This document shows, piece after piece, positions 25,916 through 35,666 of a stretch of DNA of 64,000 nucleotides. Position 1 is the stretch's first letter, and the number at the start of each line of letters is the position of its first letter. The stretch is from assembly GCA_963931255.1 (NCBI GenBank), contig OZ006972.1, forward strand, positions 1,204,421-1,268,420, given 5' to 3'. The translations under genes were made by a program, and so were the position numbers. The notes beneath the pieces were generated by a model, which saw nothing but the letters and a program-made list of their open reading frames with translations, did no database searches and had not been told where the DNA came from. This stretch comes from Candidatus Gastranaerophilales bacterium (GTDB taxonomy: Bacteria; Cyanobacteriota; Vampirovibrionia; Gastranaerophilales; Gastranaerophilaceae).

Positions 25916-26827
25916 TCAGTTCTTCTTTTCCCGTTCATTTAAGTTAGTTTCAAATTGTTTAAAGACATCATTGCCTACAAACTGTTCCAGAGCTGCACGT
26001 TTTGAATAGAAATCGGAGTTTGCTTTTCTCTGGTTATCCAGTGCAGTTCTATAGTATGCGTCTGTAATCAGAATAACTTCCCGCGGCATGTCCTGTGATA
26101 TATCGTAATTTTTTTTGCGTTGTTCTGTCATTTTTGAAAGAAGTTTTAATTTTTCGCGTGAAGTCATGTAATCATAATAAAGGTTTACTGTTTTCTGCTG
26201 CAAATCTTCAATTTTTCGGACAAGAATAATCATATCAGCATCGGTTACTCTTGTATATTTATAGTTGAGAGCTTTTGTATCCTGAGTCATAATGCCTAAC
26301 ATATTGCCGCCGATTAGGGCGCCGCTTGCCAGAAGAGGGTTCCCCATACCGGCGCCTACAAGTGTTGACATACCGGCAATTGTTGTCAGAACTTTTTTTA
26401 CTGATTTTTCATTAGGTTTATTTTCATCAGGGTTTGCCAGTTTATACAGCGCAAAGTTTATTACATCGCTTTTTGAAGCTGCGCCCTGCCATAACAGTGT
26501 CAAATCTTCCATCATGTCATTTTGTTGGAGTTCTAAGTCTGTGGCTATTTCTTTTGACATCTTTTTAATACTTAAATCAGCATAGGTAACGTCTTCTATG
26601 TTATAACTTTCTATGTTATTTTCGTCAATTTTTTCTTTTTCAACGTGAGTTTTTTGTACTTTTTGAATGTCTTCGACAGCCTCAACATACATTTTTTCCG
26701 GAGTATCTGTGAGTCCTACTCTGAATGCAGGCGGTTTTGGTTTATTTATATCAGCATAATCCACGGCAAACGATGCTGTTTGCGTGAGAAATATTGTTAT
26801 AATCATTGCTGTTATTAATTTTTTCAT
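25916..26827 (-). CDS. secreted hypothetical protein, paralog A
   Basis: Signal peptide MKKLITAMIITIFLTQTASFA. Central Gly-rich hydrophobic segment TTIAGMSTLVGAGMGNPLLASGALIGGNMLGIM. Helical C-terminus. The start overlaps the paralog B stop by 1 nt (TAATG). Confidence 0.8.
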   Translation of the reverse strand: MKKLITAMIITIFLTQTASFAVDYADINKPKPPAFRVGLTDTPEKMYVEAVEDIQKVQKTHVEKEKIDENNIESYNIEDVTYADLSIKKMSKEIATDLELQQNDMMEDLTLLWQGAASKSDVINFALYKLANPDENKPNEKSVKKVLTTIAGMSTLVGAGMGNPLLASGALIGGNMLGIMTQDTKALNYKYTRVTDADMIILVRKIEDLQQKTVNLYYDYMTSREKLKLLSKMTEQRKKNYDISQDMPREVILITDAYYRTALDNQRKANSDFYSKRAALEQFVGNDVFKQFETNLNEREKKN

Positions 26828-27654
26828 TATTTACCCCTCGCCTTTTCTCCAACCAGTGTCGCATTATAGTTGTACTGGTAAAGGTTAAGGTTATCCACTA
26901 CTTTTTTGCCTGCAAGACGCTGAAGTTCCAGATGGTATTTTTTCGCGGTTTGCATATAATAAAATTCTTCTATCTGCATTTCGTCATACAGTGATGAAGA
27001 TATTGTAATTTCCAGCAGGTCATCTTCTGCTATGGCTTTTGAGTAATTTTTATTGTACAGAAGCAGTTTTGCACGCGTTTCTTTTAATTGTGTCAGGGTG
27101 CTTTTGTAGTTATAATAGGCATTAATAATTTTATCCTGAAGTTCTTCTACAAGTCCTGCAAGTTCAATCATTTCTGTATCAGTCAGAGGAATTTCCTGCG
27201 GTACATTTTTTCTGTTAATCAAGCTTTGTGCCAGACGACCAGCTGCAAAAGCGGATGACTGTACAAGATAATCAGAGCCTACCATATACGGCACAAAAGA
27301 GGCGCCTGCTGCAACTGCTGAAAGTGTTTTTGCCATAAGTGACGAATGAATTCTTCTTTCACTTTCAGGCGTTGCAAGCTTTTTCAGTGCAAATTCTATA
27401 ACCTTATTGTTAGCAACGGTGCCGTTCCAGAGATTTTCTATGTCTTCAATATCTTTTTCTTTTTGCATGCGGATAAGTTCGTCCACAATTGCTTTGTCAT
27501 TAACGAGCAGCGATTCTTTCTGGCGTAGTTCAGGTTTTTTCAGCTCAATTTGTTCTGCCTGAACGTTTTCCAGCTTAACTTCTTCCGCTGCCATTAAGGA
27601 CGCGGTATTTAACATACTCCCCAATATGATTAAACATACTACAAGCTTTCTCAT
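26827..27654 (-). CDS. secreted hypothetical protein, paralog B
   Basis: Trimmed to MRKLVVCLIILGSMLNTASLMAAEE (ATG 27654). Shares with paralog A: LW.G......VI.FAL.KLA.P, (V/L)TD..MI.L, E.LQ.K..N.YY.Y. Confidence 0.8.
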   Translation of the reverse strand: MRKLVVCLIILGSMLNTASLMAAEEVKLENVQAEQIELKKPELRQKESLLVNDKAIVDELIRMQKEKDIEDIENLWNGTVANNKVIEFALKKLATPESERRIHSSLMAKTLSAVAAGASFVPYMVGSDYLVQSSAFAAGRLAQSLINRKNVPQEIPLTDTEMIELAGLVEELQDKIINAYYNYKSTLTQLKETRAKLLLYNKNYSKAIAEDDLLEITISSSLYDEMQIEEFYYMQTAKKYHLELQRLAGKKVVDNLNLYQYNYNATLVGEKARGK

Positions 27655-27770
27655 ACTAAATTTATAGCACAAGCATAATAATAAATCCAATGATTGACAA
27701 AGTTATACATCCTTGGATTGTTCAGGCTGTATCCAAAAAAAAGTAGAATTTATATAGAAGAGGTAGAGCT

Positions 27771-28538
27771 TTGGTTACGGAAAATATCAACTTAAAATCA
27801 TTGAACGGCGCGGCCGGCAGCACTCCTTTGTGCAAATCCAGAGCGTTGTGCCTGCTTGCTGATGCCCTCAGAAAAAGCTGCTCTTACAAAGAAGCCGTTA
27901 CAAAATATTTGAATGCCATGCTTATAGACAGAAATAATGCGGATTCATATTTTGGGCTCGGCGTTTGTTATAAGAATTTAAAAATGTATCCTAAAGCTGT
28001 TAAATACCTTGAAAAAGCAACCGAACTCCGTGAAGATTTTTATCAGGCATATTTTGAACTCGGGCTCTGCCATCTGGCGGAGGGGATTTCGTGCGGCGCT
28101 ATAAAGAATTTTGTCCGCGCGGTTCAGATTAATCCTGATAATCCCGAAGCTATTCTGCATCTCGGGATTGCACATGAATCCTGCGAAGAATACGAACTTG
28201 CTTTAATGATTTATCAAAAATTAATTGAAAATTCGCCGAGATATATCAAAGGTTACGAAAACAAAGCAGCTCTGCTGATTAAATTAAACCGCTATAAAGA
28301 AGCCTCTGTTTTGCTTCATCAAATATTAAAAATCAACCCCGATTATTACCGTGCTTATATGAGCATAGGAATTTGTTTTGACAAATTGGGAAAACGTGCC
28401 GATGCACAGCGCTATTACAGAAAATTTCTCTTAAGAAAACCTAATTCGCATCAGGCACAGTTTGTCAAAACAAGGCTGGAACGGTTAAAGAATATTAAAA
28501 CCCGTAACATGCCGTTTTCTGTTGTAAGTCAAACATAA
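27771..28538 (+). CDS. TPR repeat protein
   Basis: TTG start with GAGGTAGAG upstream. Repeats such as YFGLGVCYKNLKMYPKAVKYLEKATELREDF. Confidence 0.8.
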   Translation: MVTENINLKSLNGAAGSTPLCKSRALCLLADALRKSCSYKEAVTKYLNAMLIDRNNADSYFGLGVCYKNLKMYPKAVKYLEKATELREDFYQAYFELGLCHLAEGISCGAIKNFVRAVQINPDNPEAILHLGIAHESCEEYELALMIYQKLIENSPRYIKGYENKAALLIKLNRYKEASVLLHQILKINPDYYRAYMSIGICFDKLGKRADAQRYYRKFLLRKPNSHQAQFVKTRLERLKNIKTRNMPFSVVSQT

Positions 28539-28754
28539 TCTTTGTTGTATTCAGCATAATTAAATCTCATTCGTGGTAATTTTATTACCATTTATGTCTA
28601 ATTTTATACTAAAATTCTACTTATTAAGTGTAATTATGAGGCAATATTTAGAGCTGCTGAGAAATTTCAGTAATTATACTTAAAGTGTAGAAATATGCGT
28701 AAAAATTCTATCTGTTACATGGGTAAATGTGAATGTAATATACTGCGCCGCGCA

Positions 28755-28967
28755 TTATTTCTTTTCGCGGATAACGATTTCATATCCCAGATAGTCTAAA
28801 ATTTGTTGGACGGTTTCAAATCTGATACGCTTGTTGTTTAATTGTGCAGAGATTGTACTGGACTGTGTTGTATCAATGCCGGCTTCTTTCAGGCGTGTAA
28901 CTAGCTTACGCATTGATAAACCTTTTCTCAATAATGCTATTTCTATTTCCATTTTGATATCTAACAT
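28755..28967 (-). CDS. small XRE-like helix-turn-helix protein
   Basis: 70 aa. LLRKGLSMRKLVTRLKEAGIDTTQSSTISAQLNNKRIRFETVQQILDYLGYEIVI. Confidence 0.65.
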   Translation of the reverse strand: MLDIKMEIEIALLRKGLSMRKLVTRLKEAGIDTTQSSTISAQLNNKRIRFETVQQILDYLGYEIVIREKK

Positions 28968-29330
28968 GCCAACAGTTTAATTTTTTATTTTTCAGTTGAC
29001 AATAAGATAAACTAATGTTAGATATTATAATATTATGTTTTATAATACAAGACAAATGTTAAGAATAAATAAATATGGCTGGGTCTGGCATGATGATATA
29101 AATATGATTATTCCTCTAACCGATGATGGAGAATGGTTGTATAAATATTTTGTTGCGGGATTCAGGTTCAATGATGAAAAAAAGTATACGTATTAAGCGG
29201 AAAATTATTAAAAATTTACGCGTACAAAGTGCATTTTTTAATTGTCTGCATAAAAGATACATTAAACCAAAATACCGGCGGTTAATGCGTAAATATAGAT
29301 TTCAATAGGGTTAGAAAAATTTTTGATACT

Positions 29331-29918
29331 TTAGACTTCAAGAGTGACAGCGCCTTGACGGAAGATTTTTATATCATCATCAAACACTCCGGCAACTGTA
29401 GATTCAAGCCCTTTGCAGGTGCAGCCGTAATCTTCTATAATCAAATCAGCGAGTCCTGACATATTTTCCAGAGCCTGTTGATAAGTTTTTGCGGACGGCT
29501 GGTGGGAGAGGTTTGCACTTGTGGTTGCAAGAACATGACCCGGGGCAATTTCGCAAATTTCTTTGAAAACTTCATTGTCAGGTACTCTAATGCCTACAGT
29601 GTCTAAACCTGATGTCATATAATCCGGTGTCATTTCCGGATTTTTTTTGACGACGAGGGTCAGTGCACCGGGGAAATATTTTTTAACAAGCTGCTGCCCC
29701 TTTTTAGGAATAATTTTCACGTAAGCCAGCAGGTGATAAATATCATCAGACATTAAAATAAGCGGTTTTTGAGCTTCGCGTTTTTTAATTTCATATATTT
29801 TTTTTACGCCTTTTTCGGATGACGGCAGGCAGCCTAATCCCCATACAGTATCTGTTACGTAAGCAATTACACCGTCATTTTCAAGTACTTTTTTTATCTC
29901 GTCAGCATTCTTAATCAT
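29331..29918 (-). CDS. tsaC: L-threonylcarbamoyladenylate synthase (YrdC/TsaC family)
   Basis: VIAYVTDTVWGLGC, KPLILM, PGALTLV, VGIRVPD, ATTSANLSHQPS. Confidence 0.85.
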   Translation of the reverse strand: MIKNADEIKKVLENDGVIAYVTDTVWGLGCLPSSEKGVKKIYEIKKREAQKPLILMSDDIYHLLAYVKIIPKKGQQLVKKYFPGALTLVVKKNPEMTPDYMTSGLDTVGIRVPDNEVFKEICEIAPGHVLATTSANLSHQPSAKTYQQALENMSGLADLIIEDYGCTCKGLESTVAGVFDDDIKIFRQGAVTLEV

Positions 29919-30266
29919 TTTTATTTCTCCGTAAAATGATTATAACATTAAAACAATTCGTAACTACTATACATTGAATTTGGTTAAGGTTCCTGTGAAA
30001 ATTTTGCTAAGACAAATGAGGAAATAATTTTTATTCACATTATGTATATATTATAAGAGCAATAATAATAGGCAATAGATTGATAAATAACGTAGTTATA
30101 CTTATGATTAAATCTTTTTTCAATAATTCGGCTTTCTTTTTTAATTTTGCAAATAATACAAAAGAATAGATAATTGCAACAGTAAATACTATAGGTATCA
30201 ATAAAAGCATTACCCGATGGTCTACTGGTAAAATGGCTAAAAGTTTTTATAACTGTTCTAGGATTT

Positions 30267-31862
30267 CTATCGGGAAAATCTGCTTAGTAACCGGTTGTAT
30301 AATTCTTTTGCATAATCCATTTTTAAAGCAAGATTAAGCATTGTATATACACTTATACAGATTGCTCCCACAATTCCGATTTTGAGGATTTGATATACAA
30401 ATTTAGGCATTTCCGGTGTAAATTTATCCATTAATAATGCGGCGCCTGCACACACTATAAGAGTTACAAATCCGGCTGCCAGCATTTTGAATAAATTACG
30501 GAAAAGCTCGCCGTAATTTAATTGTATTTTTTTGTTTATTAATACCCCGAGAACTACTGCATTAAATAAAGTTACAAAAGATGTTGACAGTGTAATGCCG
30601 CCTATACTCATGCCGAGAATGTTTATGAAGAGTATGTTTAAAAATACTTTTAAAATTATTGATGTAAATGCTACCATAAACGGAGTTTTGGAATCGTTAA
30701 ATGAATAATATACTCTTGTGATAGAATCTCTGAAAACATAAGGAAGTATTGATACAGAAAGAAACCACAGCGCTTCTGTTACCATAAACGTTGCTCTGCT
30801 GTCGAAAGCTCCGCGTTCAAAGACCAGTCCTATTCCGTCTATTCCGAGTACAATTATTCCTATTATAATCGGGATGGCTCCGAAAAATAACACCCCGACA
30901 CCTTTGTTAAAATAATTTTTAATCCCCTCGTAATCTTTTTCCATTACCAGTCTGGAAAATATAGGAAACAACGGTACAAGAAATGCTGTAACAAGAATTC
31001 CTACAGGAAACTGAAACACTCTGTTTGCATAGCCTATTGCTGTCCACGCGCCCTCTCTTAATGCAGAGGCAAAGAACATATCAACGTATATATGAATTTG
31101 TCCGACTGTGGAACTTAAAATTGCGGGGAATAAAAGTTCGCAAATACTTTTGAAGTTCGGGTTATTAACAACATCAATGTTGGGTTTTAAGCGGTAACCA
31201 AGCTGTCTGATTTTCGGAAACTGAACTACCCACTGTAAAATTGCACCGATTGTTGTTGCCAGTGCAAGTGTTGTTCCTGCGTGGTCGTTTTTGCCGGATG
31301 TCATTACCATTGCAATAATTACAACGGACATTATTATCGGAGAAACATTCGGCAGCATAAAGTATCTGTAGGTTACCAGAAGTCCGTAATATATCCCGAC
31401 AATTCCGCCGATTATAAGAACAGGCGACATTATTTTTAAATGTTCCGCAGCCAGACGAATTAATTCAGGCTCGCCGCCTGATGCAATTATTCCCATTATT
31501 TGCGGCGCAAAGAAATAGCATAACACCGCCAGCACCGTAAAAAATATTATAGTTGTCGTCATAAAAGTGCTGTAAAGTTTATTCAACTCTTCTGTCGGTT
31601 TATCTTTTAATGACGGAATTAATTTTGAAAAAATTGCAACCGTTGCACTGTGGAAAGGCCCGCCGACACCGCCGAGCAGGATTATTGACAGCGCCGGAAT
31701 CTGGTAAGCATAAAAGTATGCATCCGAAACAAGCGATGTGCCGTAATAATTAGCTATTACTACATCTCTTACAAATCCGATGAGCTTTGAAAATATAGTA
31801 ATAATTGCAATCAGCCATGCGGCTTTTAATACTCCGGAAGCTTTATCGTCAGCTGTCATCAC
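30267..31862 (-). CDS. murJ: lipid II flippase MurJ (MviN family)
   Basis: Polytopic protein. N-terminal IFSKLIGFVRDVVIANYYGTSLVSDAYFYAYQIP. Confidence 0.9.
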   Translation of the reverse strand: MMTADDKASGVLKAAWLIAIITIFSKLIGFVRDVVIANYYGTSLVSDAYFYAYQIPALSIILLGGVGGPFHSATVAIFSKLIPSLKDKPTEELNKLYSTFMTTTIIFFTVLAVLCYFFAPQIMGIIASGGEPELIRLAAEHLKIMSPVLIIGGIVGIYYGLLVTYRYFMLPNVSPIIMSVVIIAMVMTSGKNDHAGTTLALATTIGAILQWVVQFPKIRQLGYRLKPNIDVVNNPNFKSICELLFPAILSSTVGQIHIYVDMFFASALREGAWTAIGYANRVFQFPVGILVTAFLVPLFPIFSRLVMEKDYEGIKNYFNKGVGVLFFGAIPIIIGIIVLGIDGIGLVFERGAFDSRATFMVTEALWFLSVSILPYVFRDSITRVYYSFNDSKTPFMVAFTSIILKVFLNILFINILGMSIGGITLSTSFVTLFNAVVLGVLINKKIQLNYGELFRNLFKMLAAGFVTLIVCAGAALLMDKFTPEMPKFVYQILKIGIVGAICISVYTMLNLALKMDYAKELYNRLLSRFSR

Positions 31863-33576
31863 GTTCCTCCGCTTCTACAAAAATCCTCAGGGCTTTATTA
31901 TCCCCCTCAGTTACAGGATAATAGAAAGTTATGGAGTTGCGCCCGAATTTTACAAATCTTGATATATCTATACGGTTTACTCTTTTAGCCGGCAAAACAC
32001 TCTTTTCCAGCTGGAAAGTCTTTTCTTTTCCGTTTATAATTACAGGAAGTTCAGAAAGCTGGTATTTGTTATCAACAATCAATGCTGCTTTCTTTTTATT
32101 TAAATAAAAATTCTGTGTGACGTTTTTATTTTCTGCAGAGAGAATAAACGGTTTTGTTGCAAGAGTTATACCGGAATAATAATGTTTGAGGATTTTATCG
32201 TAGCTCTGGTGCATTTCAGAACCCATAAAACCTGCGCCATACTGGCTCATCCCGACTCCGTGTCCGTAACCTCCGCCGTAGGCCGTGATTGTGAGAAGAT
32301 TTCCGTTTTCGTCCCATTGATGTTCAAACACAACATTTGCACTAGGAAGCGCTTTGCCCTGATTTACAAGAAGCCGTCTTATGACAAGTTCTTTCCAGAT
32401 TTTATAAGTTTTGTCTTTTGTCACAATTTCCATTTCTATAATTTTTCCGGAATCACCGCGTCTTATAACTTTTAGTTCAACAATATCTCCGAGAGTTTCT
32501 CCTCTGGCAAAATGCGGATGTACAAAACCTGTTGCAGACTGTTCTGCAAGTGTACGGGCGAGAGTCTTTTGCAAATCCTCCTTAGTCCAGTTTCTTGTCC
32601 AGCGAAAGTACGGTGAACGAACGTCAAAGGAATCCGGTCTTGATTTGTAGTAGGCGGCTGCGGCTTCTTCCGTATTCAAAGGTGTTTGGCTCAGAATATC
32701 AGGTTTTGCATGCAAATAAGGTTTGTCCTCTGAGGGAAAAGACTTTGTTTTCGGATCCGAAGAGACATAGGCAAAACTTTCTGTGTAACCGCCTGCGGTT
32801 GAAGAATACTGTGCCAGTATGATGTTCCAATCGTATATTGCAACAATTCCCTCGGTTTCTTCTACAGCTTTATTGCCGAGTTGTTTTTCTGAATTTGCAC
32901 CGAAATAAACCTGACTTGCCACACTGTCAACAACGTCAAAAGCATCATAAGCTTTTGTTCTCGGTGAAAGTACATAGTTTCTTGCCGCAACACTCTGGGC
33001 TTTCAGTGCTTCCAGCCCAAATCGGACGGGCATTTCGTTCGGAACAACGCCTTTCAGGTATTCTTCGACTTCTATAACATTTACTATATGGAAAGTATTT
33101 TGCTTGTATTTTACAATTTCAAAGGCGCCGTGGTAGAGGGCATTACTACCTGCGCGTCTGAGCCCGCGTACTCCCAGAAGACCGTCATCACAGGTTATTG
33201 TATAAGGGCCGGAAGATTCTTCCAGCACTGTGCCGTCATCTTTGAAAAGGGTAATCATTCCGGATTCGGTTTTGATATTCAGATTTTGATTTGCCGGAAT
33301 TGCGCCTATCAAAATACCGTTTTCATAAATTTTTATTTCGGAAGTCCCGTAGATTGTGGTTTTGTCGTAATCGTATCTTGAAAAAGAATTATCGCCTATC
33401 CCGACTCTTATTATTTCTGATTCCGGAGCTTTTCTTATTTCGGAATAACCTCCGCTGTATGCTGCCTGCATCGTGTTTTCTGGAATTTGCGGCATGCTCC
33501 TTGCCGGTATAGAACTACCTAAAATTAATGCTATACATGAAATTATAAAACAGGATTTTGCTACTTGACTTCCCAA
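31849..33576 (-). CDS. SpoIID/LytB-domain protein (peptidoglycan lytic transglycosylase / amidase enhancer family)
   Basis: TTG start, signal-like KSCFIISCIALILGSSIPARS. AQSVAARNY, STAGGYTES, GGGYGHGVGMSQYGA. Confidence 0.85.
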   Translation of the reverse strand: MGSQVAKSCFIISCIALILGSSIPARSMPQIPENTMQAAYSGGYSEIRKAPESEIIRVGIGDNSFSRYDYDKTTIYGTSEIKIYENGILIGAIPANQNLNIKTESGMITLFKDDGTVLEESSGPYTITCDDGLLGVRGLRRAGSNALYHGAFEIVKYKQNTFHIVNVIEVEEYLKGVVPNEMPVRFGLEALKAQSVAARNYVLSPRTKAYDAFDVVDSVASQVYFGANSEKQLGNKAVEETEGIVAIYDWNIILAQYSSTAGGYTESFAYVSSDPKTKSFPSEDKPYLHAKPDILSQTPLNTEEAAAAYYKSRPDSFDVRSPYFRWTRNWTKEDLQKTLARTLAEQSATGFVHPHFARGETLGDIVELKVIRRGDSGKIIEMEIVTKDKTYKIWKELVIRRLLVNQGKALPSANVVFEHQWDENGNLLTITAYGGGYGHGVGMSQYGAGFMGSEMHQSYDKILKHYYSGITLATKPFILSAENKNVTQNFYLNKKKAALIVDNKYQLSELPVIINGKEKTFQLEKSVLPAKRVNRIDISRFVKFGRNSITFYYPVTEGDNKALRIFVEAEERDDS

Positions 33577-34937
33577 GTTGTGCCTTCCTTTGAATCTTTC
33601 AGAATAATTCCTTTTTCATCAAGCGCAATTCTGATTTTGTCAGCGATATCCCAGTTTTTTTCTTCTCTTGCTTTTTTTCTGTATGCAATAAGTTCTTCCA
33701 TACCGGCAAAATTTTCGCCGAGTTTTTCGGAAACATATTTTACTGCATCCTGCAGTTCTTCATCAGATAATGTAGCTTTTTCAAAGCTGAAGCCTAAAAC
33801 ATTTGCCAGTTTAAACAAGATAGTAAAAGCGTTTTTGTCGTCTTTATTCGCTTTATTGGCAAGTTCAAACAGAACGGCAAGCGCTTTTGAGGTATTTAAG
33901 TCGTCATCCATTGCCTCAATAAATTCTTTATATTCATCAGATTTTGTAATATCAAGTGAATCGTCAACAGGCGTGCGTTTTGCATTAAGAAGCCTTTTAA
34001 CTCCGGCAGCGGCTGATGACAGTGCTTCGTCGGAAAATTCAACAGGCATTCTGTAGTGATTTGTCAAAATGAAAAATCTGATAGTATTAGCATCATATTT
34101 TTTCAGCAAGTCATCTATAGTTAAGAAATTGCCGAGAGATTTTGACATTTTTTCTTTGTTAATTGTGACAAATCCATTGTGCAGCCAGTAGTTAACAAAC
34201 TTGCAGCCATTTGCGCATTCGGATTGAGCGATTTCATTTTCGTGGTGCGGGAAGATTAAATCTGCACCGCCTGCGTGAATATCAATAGTTTTGCCCAGAT
34301 ATTTCCGGCTCATAGCAGAGCATTCAATATGCCAGCCCGGACGTCCTTTTCCCCATGGGGAATTGTATCCGAATTTTTCATCTTTTTTCCATAATGCAAA
34401 GTCAAGGGGGTCTTCTTTATGCTCTCCGACTTCAATTCTTGCTCCGCTTTCAAGCTGGTCTATAGGCTGTTTTGAAAGATAGCCGTAGTTAGGAAATTTT
34501 TTTACTCTGAAATATACATCGCCGTCGGCTTCATAAGCGTAACCGTTTTTAATCAAGTCTTTGACTATGGCAATCATTTCTCCTATTGTTTTTGTTGCAA
34601 AAGGTTCAATGTCCGGTTTAAGTGTATTCAAAGCTTTCATGCTTTCAGAGAATGCCTTATACCAGTATGTAGAAACTTCTTCGGGGCTTTTGTTTTCGTT
34701 TACTGCTTTTTTTAATATTTTGTCATCCACGTCCGTGACATTACGGCAATAAGTAACGTCATAGCCGCGGAATTTTAGATATCTGTACAAAACATCCCAC
34801 GTAATATAACATCTTGCATGTCCAAGGTGTGCGTAGTCATAAACTGTCGGTCCGCAGACATACATTTTTACTTTATTATCTTCAATCGGTTTAAATTCTT
34901 CTGTTTGATTTGTGTAGGAATTGTGTAATTTCATCAT
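33561..34937 (-). CDS. cysS: cysteine--tRNA ligase
   Basis: YVCGPTVYD, HIGH-type HLGHARCY, WHIECS, KMSKSLGN. Start moved to the ATG at 34937 (or 34934) because AGAGGG abuts the first ATG of the track ORF. Confidence 0.9.
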   Translation of the reverse strand: MMKLHNSYTNQTEEFKPIEDNKVKMYVCGPTVYDYAHLGHARCYITWDVLYRYLKFRGYDVTYCRNVTDVDDKILKKAVNENKSPEEVSTYWYKAFSESMKALNTLKPDIEPFATKTIGEMIAIVKDLIKNGYAYEADGDVYFRVKKFPNYGYLSKQPIDQLESGARIEVGEHKEDPLDFALWKKDEKFGYNSPWGKGRPGWHIECSAMSRKYLGKTIDIHAGGADLIFPHHENEIAQSECANGCKFVNYWLHNGFVTINKEKMSKSLGNFLTIDDLLKKYDANTIRFFILTNHYRMPVEFSDEALSSAAAGVKRLLNAKRTPVDDSLDITKSDEYKEFIEAMDDDLNTSKALAVLFELANKANKDDKNAFTILFKLANVLGFSFEKATLSDEELQDAVKYVSEKLGENFAGMEELIAYRKKAREEKNWDIADKIRIALDEKGIILKDSKEGTTWEVK

Positions 34938-35111
34938 AATCGGCATCCCTCTTTTTCCTCATTTTACTACAAACATGTCAGATTATGATATTAAATACCG
35001 GTATTAAAATTTGTAACAATATAAAATTTTAATGCAATTTTTTATATCAGAAATATTTATAAAATATATACGTAATGTTGAGGTATACATAACCAAAAAG
35101 GAGAAGAAATT

Positions 35112-35591
35112 ATGCCAGAAAACAAGATTGAACGTAATTTACCGGGATTTTACGCTCGTGATGAGCATTTGGTAAAGGTACAGGTTACTGACACCGAAAA
35201 TCCTAAAAACATTAAGGTATTTTATGTTCCAAAAGGTACAACATTCAAGGGCAATACTGTAGAAGCCAAATTTGATGTTGACACAGAGATTAAGATGGCA
35301 AAATACCAGATGGCGGCAATGGAAGCTGCGGCAGAGGGCGATCGTTTCGGCGGTTCCGAAAGCAGGATTATTGATTTATATGACTCTACAGGGGCTGCAT
35401 ACGGCTTTGATGTCACAGAAAAGCTGATGGAATACGGTTCAAATTATAAAGTATCGCGCAATCCGAACTATGACGGCAAAGGCTTTGTGGCAGATGCAAC
35501 GGAATACGGATTATTCTTTGCGCAGTTTGAAGATAAAAACGGAAACACCGGCAGTTTTGAACTTCAATTACCTAAAGATTCCAGAAAATAA
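35112..35591 (+). CDS. hypothetical protein (159 aa)
   Basis: AAAGGAG 9 nt upstream. Followed by a strong bidirectional terminator. No motif recognised. Confidence 0.75.
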   Translation: MPENKIERNLPGFYARDEHLVKVQVTDTENPKNIKVFYVPKGTTFKGNTVEAKFDVDTEIKMAKYQMAAMEAAAEGDRFGGSESRIIDLYDSTGAAYGFDVTEKLMEYGSNYKVSRNPNYDGKGFVADATEYGLFFAQFEDKNGNTGSFELQLPKDSRK

Positions 35592-35606
35592 AAAATAATG
35601 ATAGTT

Positions 35607-35637
35607 AAAAGGCTCTGCTGTAACAGCAGAGCCTTTT
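35607..35637. terminator. bidirectional intrinsic terminator
   Basis: AAAAGGCTCTGCTG-TAA-CAGCAGAGCCTTTT. 10-bp GC-rich stem flanked by A4 and T4. Confidence 0.85.
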
Positions 35638-35666
35638 AATTTCCTGTGCATTATAATAATATGCGA

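Noticed and set aside
29123-29308. 61-aa basic track ORF (MMENGCINILLRDSGSMMKKSIRIKRK...).
   Set aside because: Lys/Arg-rich translation typical of an AT-rich frame, no SD, and it overlaps the better-looking 53-codon ORF (29035-29196) in another frame.
33565-34056. 163-aa plus-strand ORF antisense to cysS. Similar long antisense ORFs occur at 52829..53362 (nadE), 54847..55458 (ddl), 24271..24726 (the 588-aa gene) and 19437..20011 (cysE).
   Set aside because: These are Ser/Phe/Ala-rich mirror frames of well-supported genes with clear catalytic motifs, and they have no independent start signals.
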